This document shows positions 7,906 through 16,903 of a stretch of DNA of 36,814 nt, piece by piece. A program made the position numbers and the translations under genes. Under the pieces are notes generated by a model. It was not told the origin of the DNA, did not search any database, and worked only from the letters and a program-made list of their open reading frames with translations. Location: positions 1 through 36,814 of the IMG/VR virus record IMGVR_UViG_3300045988_041561; one strand, 5' to 3'. The DNA is from a virus. Positions within the stretch are counted from its first letter, which is position 1; the number at the start of each line of letters is the position of its first letter.

Positions 7906-10425
7906 TTAAGAAATAGATGCCACTTGAACCTCACTAACGCCCGACTGTCCGTTATTAATATCTGTTACGGTTACAATCGGGTTAGGCATGGAAGCGACCC
8001 CCGCAATAACTACCTCCGCTAATTGGTTCAACGCCTCACGCGAGAACGAAGCCTGCGCCGCGTTAGACCCACCGCCCGTTAGCGTATTGATTTGTCCACC
8101 GTTGGCGAACTTGTACAGACCCGAAGTACCGAACGAGTTGCCGCCGTGCGCCTCGTTGAACGCCGAAAGGGCTGCAATGTCCGCCGTAGCCGACTTCTTT
8201 AGAATATACATACTCTCGCCGCCCTCTGCTTCAAACACTTGCCCGTTACTTCCGGTAAACGTTACACCGCCCGCTGCATGTGAAGCCCCAGTAATCATAC
8301 CGCCCTTTGCGTACTTCTTAACGGAACTGTCGATTTTAGTATCGGGTTCTTTCTGTTTGGTGATTGTGGCGACTTGCTTCATACCCGTAGCGATAACGAT
8401 AGCCGCCTGCGCGATGCCCAAAAAGCCACCCGATGCCAGCGCCTTGGTTGCACCCAAATACGTATTAATAACAGCCTGGACAACTGCAAATGCTTTACCC
8501 GCTTTACTCTCTTTGCCCAAAAGTTCACCAAGTTGCCCCGCTGCGCCCGCCGCCATTGATAGTTCAGCGTTGATGCGTTCGGCTGTTAACTTCTGTTTGT
8601 ACTTCTCGTACTTTTCAACTACCTTAGATGTGTCCGCCCCCAAACGTTGCGCGGCTTCCATCTCCTGGAGGTATGCGGCATCTAACTCCGCCTGCCTCAT
8701 ATCCCATTCATTCTGCGCGTCCAACTTCCTGATTTCCAGTTCATTAGACTTATCCATAGCCTTTCTTTCTTCTTCGAGTGCCCTGCGTTCTTCCTGGCGT
8801 TGCTTTTCGAGTTCCTCGACTGCTATGCGTCCCTCTAATTCCTTGTTGGCGTATTCCTGCTGTGTGATAAGTCCCTGTTCCAGGCGATAGCGTTCAAGTT
8901 CCAACGACCGCGCGTTATACTCCTTTTGGTGTTCTATCTTGGTTTCTAACGAAGTGTCGTTAATTTCTCTTTGCTTCATTTGCAAATCGAGATTTGCTAA
9001 CGCTTCTTCTTGTGCCTTGATAGTCGCCGCCTGTATAGCTGCTTTCGCTTCTTCCGCCTTTTTAGTTTTTTCGATAGACTTCCTTATGCGTTCCTGCTCG
9101 GCACGTTCTGTGGCCGCTTGATTAGCTATCGCACGGGCTTTCGCCGCGTCTTGGTTAGCCTTAATCAATCCGCTTTGCTGGTTTTCGAGTTCTTTACGCT
9201 GCGACATGTATTGCGCTTGTAGGTTCTGCAAATCGGCTAACGCTTGCATCTCGGCGCGTATATCTTCCTTAGTAGAGTTGCCTAAATCGTTTTGCGCTTT
9301 GATTTGTTCATACTTACCTTTGAGTACAGCGACCTCGCGTTCTTCCATCTGCTTAAGTATGTCCAACCCTCGTTTAGCGGCTTCAACTCTTTCAGTCTCG
9401 GACTTCAACGCATCGCCTACGATTATCTTCTGCCGTTCGAGTTCTCTACGAAGTGACGACACGATAACAAGGTTATCACTTTCCAGGTTGTAAAGACGTA
9501 CCGACTGGTTAGCAAGTTCACGCGCGGCGGTTGCTGCCTTTTTGGTTTCCTCGGGTATCAGTCCTAACATGTCCAGGAAGTTAGTAACACCGTCTACAAT
9601 CACCTCTAAGGCTTTACCCAACACACTAAGCATGTTTGCTACGGCGTCAAGAATACGGCCTATAATAACCTCAAACGGCGCGAATGCCGCCTTAAGACTG
9701 TCCATTAGCTGGTCATTACGTTTCATTACACCCACGACCGCCGAACCGATAGCAACGATAAGCGAAGCAATCGCCACGAACGGGTTAGCCTTTAGAACCG
9801 TAAAGAACGTTTTTAAAGTCGTTGTTCCGGTTGATATGATAGCCGATAACGCGGAATTGGCTTTGCCCAGCCCGGTTGTCTGCTGTATCGCTTCTGTGAC
9901 GCTTTCGGTGTAGTTACCTACGTTCCTACGGTTGTCACCAACCGCGCTTTCCATCTCCTTAAGCCTATCGGATATTTCCTTTGTCTGCTCGGCGAGCGCT
10001 TGCCCCTCCTCGGTGTTGTTGCGCTGTGATGCACTCATAGCGTTTAGCTCCTTTGTGTTCTTTGCGAGTTGCGCCCTCAAAGCGTCTACGCTATCCGCCT
10101 GGCTATCTAACAGCGTTTTGCTTGACTTGATAGCCGCGTTATTATCGGATATGGCTTTCGAGTTGTCGAGCATTTGCGTTTTTAGGGCTATCTGTGACTT
10201 GGTGTTCGCCTCAACCGCGGCTTTGTATTCCGCTTGTGAGATGTTCCCGTTTTGGTACGCCTTAGTTGCTTCGTCCAACGTTTTCTTTTCGTCTTTCATT
10301 GCTTTCTGCAACTGCTCCTTTGTTCTGGCGAGTTCCACAGATTTAGCAATAAGGGCTTCCAAACCGTCGAGACCTGCCGCCGTATTGAACGAAAGGTCTA
10401 ATAGGGTTACTTTTTCATTTGCCAT
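7906..10425 (-). CDS. Tape-measure-like protein (839 aa)
   Basis: Long A/E/K/Q-rich coiled-coil stretches. Hydrophobic segments FVAIASLIVAIGSAVVGV and GKAFAVVQAVINTYLGATKALASGGFLGIAQAAIVIATG. The Gly-rich C-terminus carries YAKGGMI / FANGGQI motifs. Confidence 0.7.
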   Translation of the reverse strand: MANEKVTLLDLSFNTAAGLDGLEALIAKSVELARTKEQLQKAMKDEKKTLDEATKAYQNGNISQAEYKAAVEANTKSQIALKTQMLDNSKAISDNNAAIKSSKTLLDSQADSVDALRAQLAKNTKELNAMSASQRNNTEEGQALAEQTKEISDRLKEMESAVGDNRRNVGNYTESVTEAIQQTTGLGKANSALSAIISTGTTTLKTFFTVLKANPFVAIASLIVAIGSAVVGVMKRNDQLMDSLKAAFAPFEVIIGRILDAVANMLSVLGKALEVIVDGVTNFLDMLGLIPEETKKAATAARELANQSVRLYNLESDNLVIVSSLRRELERQKIIVGDALKSETERVEAAKRGLDILKQMEEREVAVLKGKYEQIKAQNDLGNSTKEDIRAEMQALADLQNLQAQYMSQRKELENQQSGLIKANQDAAKARAIANQAATERAEQERIRKSIEKTKKAEEAKAAIQAATIKAQEEALANLDLQMKQREINDTSLETKIEHQKEYNARSLELERYRLEQGLITQQEYANKELEGRIAVEELEKQRQEERRALEEERKAMDKSNELEIRKLDAQNEWDMRQAELDAAYLQEMEAAQRLGADTSKVVEKYEKYKQKLTAERINAELSMAAGAAGQLGELLGKESKAGKAFAVVQAVINTYLGATKALASGGFLGIAQAAIVIATGMKQVATITKQKEPDTKIDSSVKKYAKGGMITGASHAAGGVTFTGSNGQVFEAEGGESMYILKKSATADIAALSAFNEAHGGNSFGTSGLYKFANGGQINTLTGGGSNAAQASFSREALNQLAEVVIAGVASMPNPIVTVTDINNGQSGVSEVQVASIS

Positions 10426-10473
10426 TCTCTAAGATTTGTTAAAGGGCGAACATCTGCCCGCCCTTGATTGTTT

Positions 10474-12162
10474 TTATAAGTCAACGCTAATAAGAGTTAA
10501 TTTGCATTTACCCGTAGATGCGTCCCAATTTTCAATTTTGCGAAGATAGAAAGAACCGCCCAAATTAGCAAATCTGTATAAGGCATCATCTTTAAAATTC
10601 GCAATGTCGAAATATGATAAGTTAGCCTCTACGGTTACTTGGTACGAGTTTTGGAACGGTAGAAAGTAATCATTCAAATACTTGGTATATCCATTCGGGT
10701 GTCTCATGTAGTCACCCTCTACCCATCCATCACCGCCCGTGTTCGTGCTTCTCATCTCAAATACTCGCGGTGTACCGTCGTATTTCTTTTTCTTGAAAGC
10801 AAGAGAGCTACTAAAAGCGTTCGTTCTCCGGGTAACGTTGTTACGGTTTCCGCCTACAACGAACTCAAACTCGCCTACCTTGACAACCATTTCAGAACCC
10901 AGCCCGCTAACCTCGGAGTATTGCGCCGTTGTCGCGTCCTCACGCCCCGACCAATCCACATACACTTTGCTTTCGTAGGTGTTAGGGTGACCCTTAATGA
11001 TTTGCTTCGCCGTGAAGTTCGGTACTGTGTGGTCGAACGTATAGCGCCACGCAAACATTTGGCACATGCCTTTTATTAAATCCATAGCCTCGTACGGCAT
11101 TTCCACGGGCATAACCTGGTGTCCGTCGTATATCTCGATATTCTGAACACCCAAAGCGACGTGCAACGCATCTTCCACAGGTACTTTCGTAGTCGGTTTG
11201 TAGTTATCGTTGTCGTTCGGCGGCAATAGGTTCGTACTGTGAAAATAGAAGTCCAGGAACTTCGTACCAGGGTTAGGAACGTAATATGCAAAGTTCTGTT
11301 TTACTTTCAACTCGTATTTTATCGCGCCGCTCGGATGTGTGCCGGAACGGGTAAACAGAATATTCATTTCGTCCGTTGTTAGCTGATACGCACGAAGCAT
11401 GACACCCGGTACGTCTATGTCCATCAGCACGTAACTGCCAACGTCCACCGTTGCGTACACCCGGCTGCTTGCCTGGTTGTATCTGCCCATAATACTGTCA
11501 ACGAAAGTATTTTTAGGGCGGAAATAGCTGTTCGGATAGTACCCGCCGTTAATCGTATTGCTCGCACCCATATACGCACATTCACTCCATAAGCCCTCCA
11601 TCTCGGTATCTACTACGTCGCGCGCTTCCAGGTCGAAACCTATCTCCACCTCATCGGGCGAATACCCCGCGGCGATAGGCGGGTGTGTAAACTGCCCTCT
11701 ATAGTCCACCGCAGCGCGGTACGTGTCTTTAACAGTGGCGACCCTCTTTAGCTGGTTAAGGGTATCTATCGCCGGGTCATACTCGTAACCTACGCGTATC
11801 GACTTGGTAGAAACGGGCAAACTTGTGTTTGACGGGTTCACGGTATTCTGAACAAGCGAAATACTGTACCCGTCTTTTTCCGCCTTGACTTGTGCCACGA
11901 ACTGCCCGTCGGTGAACGGTGAAGCCAGCCCACCGAAATACACATACGCGATATATACGTTCTTTTTCGTGTAGATCATCGGGAAACGTTCAGACGCGAA
12001 TATAGCGTCGTTGGTTTCAGTTCTCGGCACTTTCACCGTTGCCGAGTATGTGTTAGTACGTTCGCCGACCGTGAACGGGTCTACGTTGTTAATGGTGAGT
12101 TTAACAGTAGAGGGCTTCACACCCTCTACTACCTTGTTACCTATTCGTATTGTTATATCCAT
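10474..12162 (-). CDS. Large beta-rich tail/baseplate protein (562 aa), function unassigned
   Basis: Long ORF in the late block with Y/N/G/T-rich, beta-type composition. The N-terminus MDITIRIGNKVVEGVKPSTVKLTINN resembles distal-tail/baseplate proteins only loosely. Confidence 0.5.
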   Translation of the reverse strand: MDITIRIGNKVVEGVKPSTVKLTINNVDPFTVGERTNTYSATVKVPRTETNDAIFASERFPMIYTKKNVYIAYVYFGGLASPFTDGQFVAQVKAEKDGYSISLVQNTVNPSNTSLPVSTKSIRVGYEYDPAIDTLNQLKRVATVKDTYRAAVDYRGQFTHPPIAAGYSPDEVEIGFDLEARDVVDTEMEGLWSECAYMGASNTINGGYYPNSYFRPKNTFVDSIMGRYNQASSRVYATVDVGSYVLMDIDVPGVMLRAYQLTTDEMNILFTRSGTHPSGAIKYELKVKQNFAYYVPNPGTKFLDFYFHSTNLLPPNDNDNYKPTTKVPVEDALHVALGVQNIEIYDGHQVMPVEMPYEAMDLIKGMCQMFAWRYTFDHTVPNFTAKQIIKGHPNTYESKVYVDWSGREDATTAQYSEVSGLGSEMVVKVGEFEFVVGGNRNNVTRRTNAFSSSLAFKKKKYDGTPRVFEMRSTNTGGDGWVEGDYMRHPNGYTKYLNDYFLPFQNSYQVTVEANLSYFDIANFKDDALYRFANLGGSFYLRKIENWDASTGKCKLTLISVDL

Positions 12163-12165
12163 CTT

Positions 12166-13797
12166 CTATGCCCTGTTTAATGTAACACTAAATTTCAATG
12201 TAAGCGTTTTGCCAACGTTGCCGCCACGGGTTGCGAACACGCCGTTACTTTCTGATTTCGCCTTTCCCCATTGCACAACGTCAAACGGCGTTAATGCGAG
12301 AATGTGCGGCGAACGCGTCAAGTAAAAAAGCGCGTCTTCGTTATCTTCTGTAATCACCTTTTTAACAACTACGTCCAGGCTTTCAAGTTCGCCCGTTACC
12401 GATAGTTTAGGTGTTAGCGTGTAATCTGCAAAGTACATGCTATCGAATGCCCCGCGCGAGTTCAACCACTTTAACGCGACTTTCTTTTCGATTGGCAAAT
12501 CGTGGAACTCTTTCTTTCGGTATCGTTCCGTGCCATACGCCCTAAACGTCCCGTCCTCCGTGTTGAACCATACATACGAACGTGTAGCGAACGTCTCGTT
12601 AAAGTTACCTACACCCGGAGCGTATCCGCTGTTAACTACTGTTGGGTTTGTGCCATCAGATGGAATATCCCCGTGTTCGTTTATCGCCGTAAAGTATGCC
12701 ATCTCTACGGGGGTAGAACCCAAAAAGGCATACGGGAAAAACAGTCTGTTAGCAAACGGGAAACCTTGTGCGCTCATCTGTACGCCTTGCATAATGCCAG
12801 CCGCTTTACCGTCGTCGCCCATATCCTCCAGGCGGTTAAAATACCCGTCTTTGTAGTCGGTTAGATAACCTATATAGGCACTCATACCCATCGGGCGGGC
12901 CGCCTGTTCCAGGTATGAACGTGTGTATGGTCGGTAGCAGTTCCCGCGGGTAACCATGATACGAGATGCACGGAACGACACTTGCACACCTTGTTGCCCG
13001 AATGCCACAAAGCGTGGGCGGCTTCCTACGTGGTCGAAACGTGCGGATAATATTTGGGTCTCGCCGGGCTTCACATCCCAATAAGAAAACGACCCGTCCG
13101 CGTTGTCGGGTGCGAGTTGTACCCTAACATCCCGTGTCCCATCATTCATAAACAACATACTAACGTGCATATTATGTTTAGTCCAGGGGTAGTCAATCGT
13201 GGGGCGTAAATCGCAAATATAACCGTCCGGGTTCGGGGCGGCACGGCGTACTCGTGTTGCACCTAATAACCCGTCAATGCCGATAAAGTTATCCTTTACG
13301 GCTTCACTCGCGGGTAAGTTAGCCCCTGCGTTCGCGTCCCACGCGTCCGGTAGCTCGCCCTGTTGCGCGTAGTTGTAATCGGCAAACGCGCTTTCCCCGC
13401 CATTAGACCCGATACGCACACTACCCAACGGGTAGACCGGGATAGTACCCGCAGCGCCAACGTTGGGCGAAAGTATGAGGAAATAAAGTCGGCGTTGTCC
13501 TGTACCGTCACCGCTTAGCAACTCCATAGTACACACGTCATCGCCGAACAATGGTGCAAACGCGGAGAGGTCTATAACCATATTTTCATACACGTTCTTA
13601 ATCGTTGCCGACTGTGTGGACGGGAAAGACTGCCCGCCAGCGTCAAACATGACCGCCGTAACGTCTATTCTCGTAACCGACCCAATCTCGGAAATTATCA
13701 TGTTCTGTTTTATGCCTTGTCCGATAGGTAGCACTTCGCGCATATCGGTTAAGTCTGAACCTCCGCCGATACCCGTACTCATAAAATTGTATCTCAT
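12166..13797 (-). CDS. Large beta-rich tail/baseplate or receptor-binding candidate (543 aa)
   Basis: Long ORF in the late block with G/N/T/Y-rich composition. No diagnostic motif recognised. Confidence 0.45.
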   Translation of the reverse strand: MRYNFMSTGIGGGSDLTDMREVLPIGQGIKQNMIISEIGSVTRIDVTAVMFDAGGQSFPSTQSATIKNVYENMVIDLSAFAPLFGDDVCTMELLSGDGTGQRRLYFLILSPNVGAAGTIPVYPLGSVRIGSNGGESAFADYNYAQQGELPDAWDANAGANLPASEAVKDNFIGIDGLLGATRVRRAAPNPDGYICDLRPTIDYPWTKHNMHVSMLFMNDGTRDVRVQLAPDNADGSFSYWDVKPGETQILSARFDHVGSRPRFVAFGQQGVQVSFRASRIMVTRGNCYRPYTRSYLEQAARPMGMSAYIGYLTDYKDGYFNRLEDMGDDGKAAGIMQGVQMSAQGFPFANRLFFPYAFLGSTPVEMAYFTAINEHGDIPSDGTNPTVVNSGYAPGVGNFNETFATRSYVWFNTEDGTFRAYGTERYRKKEFHDLPIEKKVALKWLNSRGAFDSMYFADYTLTPKLSVTGELESLDVVVKKVITEDNEDALFYLTRSPHILALTPFDVVQWGKAKSESNGVFATRGGNVGKTLTLKFSVTLNRA

Positions 13798-13801
13798 TGT
13801 A

Positions 13802-14236
13802 TCACTTTGTTAATATTTTCAAAATTTCTGCTTTAATTATCTCGTTAACTTCCGCCGTCATGCGTTTAACCTCGGCATCGTTAAGCAATGAACTGACAAC
13901 GCCGCCAGCGTTATTACGGTTGGGAACTCTAATACCGTCCCGCTTGATTACGTATGCAATCGCGTACGCTGCTTCTTCCGGTATGTCCGTGCCTGCGTTG
14001 GCGTTCTTGTCTTTAATCCACTGCTTAATAGCTTTGATAGGTGGCATAGTGCCCGCGCTTCTGCCCTGTTCCATCTGAAACACGTAGGCGGGTGCTTCTA
14101 TCTTCACGCCCGACCCGTAATCGGTTACAATGGTTTCACGGTCGAACCGCCCGGAAGCGTTCAAGCGCATGGCGTAGTAGTTCTTCACTACCTTGTTACG
14201 TATCTGCCTAACCAGGTCTACTATCTTCTTGTCCAT
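13802..14236 (-). CDS. Hypothetical virion protein (144 aa; weak HK97 gp10-like tail-component resemblance)
   Basis: GVKIEAPAYVFQMEQGRSAGTMPPIKAIKQWI loosely fits the gp10-family pattern (..a.yv.veyGt....P..pfl). Confidence 0.35.
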   Translation of the reverse strand: MDKKIVDLVRQIRNKVVKNYYAMRLNASGRFDRETIVTDYGSGVKIEAPAYVFQMEQGRSAGTMPPIKAIKQWIKDKNANAGTDIPEEAAYAIAYVIKRDGIRVPNRNNAGGVVSSLLNDAEVKRMTAEVNEIIKAEILKILTK

Positions 14237-14237
14237 A

Positions 14238-14576
14238 TCACCAATATGTTACCCATTGGTAAGGCTCGCGAAGAGCAAAATAGTTAGGTCGGTTCTCATT
14301 GAAGTACGCTTCACGCTCGAAACTGATAGCCCGGCACGCTTGTCTCCAGCGCGAACGCCCGTTCGGCTTCTGTTTAATGTATCGGTATATGAACTCAATC
14401 ATGTAAACCAGGTAGAAACCTACAATCATCATTTCAAGCATTTGCTTTGTGTGTATCTTCTCGTGCTGGAGTAGACGCGGTGTAACTTCCGTGCCTTTCT
14501 TTACGAACAGCACGCCACAAACGTTTATGGCTTTATATGTGCCAAAGGGAATAAGGTTGTTTTTGATTATTAACAT
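14238..14576 (-). CDS. Small HExxH-motif protein with a central hydrophobic segment (minimal metallopeptidase-like)
   Basis: 112 aa. LLQHEKIHTKQ is an HExxH motif. It is followed by MLEMMIVGFYLVYMIEFIYRYI (hydrophobic) and a downstream acidic motif, ISFEREAY, which may supply the third ligand. Confidence 0.45.
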   Translation of the reverse strand: MLIIKNNLIPFGTYKAINVCGVLFVKKGTEVTPRLLQHEKIHTKQMLEMMIVGFYLVYMIEFIYRYIKQKPNGRSRWRQACRAISFEREAYFNENRPNYFALREPYQWVTYW

Positions 14577-14583
14577 AAAAAAT

Positions 14584-14618
14584 GGCGTGCACCATTAGAG
14601 GAACACGCCACAAAAGTA
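14584..14618 (-). promoter_or_regulatory. Late promoter -7 box overlapping a terminator-like hairpin
   Basis: The minus strand reads TTTAACTACTTTTGTGGC (TACTTTTG = 14618..14611), followed at once by the hairpin GGCGUG-N14-CACGCC (14609..14584), then AUUUUUUAUG, which includes the start codon at 14576. Confidence 0.5.
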
Positions 14619-14644
14619 GTTAAATAAATTGGGCTATCTAAACC

Positions 14645-15043
14645 CTATAGAGTTATGTCTAACGTAGCTTCCCACCCCGATTTGATTGTGTCGTATTCGT
14701 TCTGCACCTTTCGGATAGACAGCCCGGACACCTCGAAGCCACACACGTACGCTGATAGGAATTGCCTCAATAGCTTGTCCGTACGGATAAGTGTAGCTAT
14801 TTCCGTAGCGTCGTCCCTCATGTATGCCGATGTGCCCATACAGCGCACCACAATAGTGTAGGCGGGTGTGTTAACGTTCGACATATCTACGAACGAACTG
14901 TCGGTCACGTCCAGCGTGAAGAAGTCTACGCCTATCGAGTTAGCCGCTACGTTCTGTACTGCGGTATCACCGAACACGAGCGGGCAACCTAATACGGCTG
15001 CACGCGCTTCGGCTGTGTTTAGAATGCTTTCAAAGTCTACCAT
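14645..15043 (-). CDS. Hypothetical virion-module protein (132 aa; head-tail joining candidate)
   Basis: Packed ORF in the late block. I recognise no secure motif. Confidence 0.6.
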   Translation of the reverse strand: MVDFESILNTAEARAAVLGCPLVFGDTAVQNVAANSIGVDFFTLDVTDSSFVDMSNVNTPAYTIVVRCMGTSAYMRDDATEIATLIRTDKLLRQFLSAYVCGFEVSGLSIRKVQNEYDTIKSGWEATLDITL

Positions 15044-15642
15044 CTTCTTTGTTGTTTTTTAAGTTCTTTCTTTTCCTTTTCTACCTCGTCATGTTTCTTG
15101 CTCATGGCTATAATAGCGTCCGTGTAGTTCAGTTGCTTCGCCTGCTCGAACGAACACTTGAACAGGTCGGCGGCGGTCTGCACTATGCCTAACAGGTTCT
15201 TGGCTTCCTTGACTTCCGCCGCCCCGGTTAGTGCGCTTTCGGTGTTCGGTACGTTCGCAAAGAGCATGCGTTCCAACCCGTCCGCGTCTTTAAGCGCCTC
15301 GCGTATGAACTTGTCCAGCTTCACAACCTCGGCGATACTGTGGGCTTCGTAGTTGTCACCCGTCCATGCCTTGATACGTTCTAACGAACCCTCGGCGCGG
15401 CGTGTCTCCAGCATAGCCCAAAGGGTTATTTCCTCTAAGGGCGCTAACCTGTACACCACTTTCCCGTTACGGGTTGCGAGGTTTGACGGCTCGATGTATT
15501 TGCAAAGGTCGTCAAGTAGTAGTTTCTCGTCCCTGGTCATTCGCACGGTGGCGGATGCGGGGAAGTTGGCTACTGCAAGTAGGGCGGCGCGGTTCATAAG
15601 CCGCACGCCCTTTTCTATTATTTTAACTATTGGGTTTCTCAT
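15037..15642 (-). CDS. Hypothetical helical protein (201 aa)
   Basis: ORF whose start overlaps the terL stop by 4 nt. Lys/Glu-rich C-terminal tail. No motif recognised. Confidence 0.65.
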   Translation of the reverse strand: MRNPIVKIIEKGVRLMNRAALLAVANFPASATVRMTRDEKLLLDDLCKYIEPSNLATRNGKVVYRLAPLEEITLWAMLETRRAEGSLERIKAWTGDNYEAHSIAEVVKLDKFIREALKDADGLERMLFANVPNTESALTGAAEVKEAKNLLGIVQTAADLFKCSFEQAKQLNYTDAIIAMSKKHDEVEKEKKELKKQQRRW

Positions 15643-16787
15643 CCTTTCGGTCTGTATTTTCTAATTAAGTAATCTACTGCGTATCTCAAAGCGTCTAACG
15701 CGTGGTTGAATTGGTCGGTCGGTACGTTGGTGTATGTGTCCGTGCCCTCGTCCTTAATCCATTTGTAGTTATCCAGCTCGTCAAGTAGCTTAACGGAACG
15801 TTTTGTTACGTGCATCTTGAACTGCTTCACCTGTGCAATACCGCCCGATATAGAGCCTTTGCCCTTAACGCACGGCATTGCCTTAATGCGTCTTTGCTGG
15901 AGTTCCATAATAGATTTCTGTTCCGCACTATCGCACACGGTAACTACGCGGTTAAGCCCCTGCCCCGTTAGGTAATCGGCAATATGGCTGTTAAGCAACC
16001 CTGTTTCATAGCAAAGTAGGTCTACATACAAGTCCCAACCCTCGAAACGCACGTCAACAATCGCCGTAGGGTCATTCACGAACCCGAAGTCAAGCCCCAG
16101 GCAACGACCTGTATAAGTTTCGGGCATGTCCTCGATAACTTCGTATTCGGGATATACGTTGCCCTCTACGCCACCCGTCAAGCCCTCGCCGTACACGCGC
16201 CACCAATTGGCGTCGTTCTTGTTCTTCTCGATTGCGCCTATCTGCTCTTTGGTTAGGTACGGGTTATCCTTGTAGGTTGAATGGATTGTTATGTATCGCT
16301 CGCCTACGAACTCGGTTTCACCCCAAAACTTCCGAACGGGGTTAAAGTCGATGATAACCTTTTTGCGTGTACGTATGTCGAGTTGTCGGAATATCTCGCG
16401 GGCGATGCCTTGTGCCTCATTGACGAACAGAACGTCACGTGCAGCGCCGTGTACCTTGCTGGCATTATCGCAACCGAAGAACTCAATTACCGAACCGTTA
16501 GGTAGCTCATACGTCATCTCGGTTTTGTTAAATGCGTTCTCGTCCCAAACGCCCTCACTCGCCAACATTAGTTTAAAGTCGCGCAGCATACCACGCTTAA
16601 CCATTGGAAGCGTAGCGGCGACGCACGATATGAATAAGGGCTTTTCTGCCGACTTCGCCAATAGGTAGAGCATCTGTAAGGTCGCCCACGTCTTGCCGCT
16701 ACGAGTGCCCCCCTTGCTTGCCACACCACGATAACGCGGGTTAACGAATGCGGCTAATAGTTTTTCAAATGTATGTGTAACGTTCAT
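15639..16787 (-). CDS. terL: Terminase large subunit (PBSX/Terminase_3-like)
   Basis: Walker A-like GGTRSGKTWAT and Walker B-like VLFVNEA. The C-terminal nuclease half includes DSAEQKSI and HALDALRYAV. 382 aa is typical for this short terL family. Confidence 0.85.
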   Translation of the reverse strand: MNVTHTFEKLLAAFVNPRYRGVASKGGTRSGKTWATLQMLYLLAKSAEKPLFISCVAATLPMVKRGMLRDFKLMLASEGVWDENAFNKTEMTYELPNGSVIEFFGCDNASKVHGAARDVLFVNEAQGIAREIFRQLDIRTRKKVIIDFNPVRKFWGETEFVGERYITIHSTYKDNPYLTKEQIGAIEKNKNDANWWRVYGEGLTGGVEGNVYPEYEVIEDMPETYTGRCLGLDFGFVNDPTAIVDVRFEGWDLYVDLLCYETGLLNSHIADYLTGQGLNRVVTVCDSAEQKSIMELQQRRIKAMPCVKGKGSISGGIAQVKQFKMHVTKRSVKLLDELDNYKWIKDEGTDTYTNVPTDQFNHALDALRYAVDYLIRKYRPKG

Positions 16788-16855
16788 GTGTTAATATTTG
16801 TTTTTTTTATAGTGCGGCTCTGTAGCCTGTGCAGGGCGGCACTGTGAAATGATAA

Positions 16856-16889
16856 TGCCACAAAGGTAGTTAAAACCTCTGTGGCATTA
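16856..16889 (-). promoter_or_regulatory. Hairpin plus late promoter -7 box between the LamG gene and terL
   Basis: aatgccacaaagg (16856-16868) pairs with cctctgtggcatt (16877-16889), a 13-bp stem with one G-U pair in the RNA. The minus strand reads TTTAACTACCTTTGTGGC (TACCTTTG = 16868..16861), identical to the 14618 promoter site except for one base (C/T). Confidence 0.5.
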
Positions 16890-16903
16890 TAGTTTAATAG
16901 AGT

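Noticed and set aside
7988-8890. Long plus-strand ORFs antisense to real genes (for example 7988-8890 at 300 aa, 6887-7606 at 239 aa, 35830-36471 at 213 aa, 5868-6491 at 207 aa, 9932-10432, 23006-23488).
   Set aside because: Each lies wholly inside a well-supported minus-strand gene. Their products are low-complexity (Ser/Ala/Cys/Leu-rich) with no motifs, and they lack promoter or leader context. They look like mirror images of A/E/K-rich codon runs. I treat them as antisense artefacts.
10442-10465. The hairpin aagggcg...cgccctt between the 562-aa gene and the tape-measure-like gene, considered as a terminator.
   Set aside because: On the coding strand it is followed by UAACAAAUC, with no U-run. 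The T-run lies on the non-coding plus strand, where nothing is transcribed. It may be a weak pause or RNA-stability element, so I did not call it as a feature.
12836-13081. Same-strand nested ORFs of 60-100 aa inside larger genes (2704-2892, 5393-5575, 5855-6148, 11076-11291, 12836-13081, 13296-13511, 16304-16486, 18691-18941, 20448-20699, 29020-29250, 33277-33477).
   Set aside because: They are off-frame readings of well-supported genes. The predicted peptides are Arg/Thr/Ser/Pro-rich, and none has an independent start context.
16811-16850. The imperfect hairpin agtgcggctctg...cagggcggcact upstream of terL, considered as a terminator.
   Set aside because: The stem has two mismatches. On the coding strand it is followed by A8, not U-rich sequence. 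The T8 on the plus strand precedes the stem rather than following it. It is probably a leader structure, and there is not enough evidence for a call.
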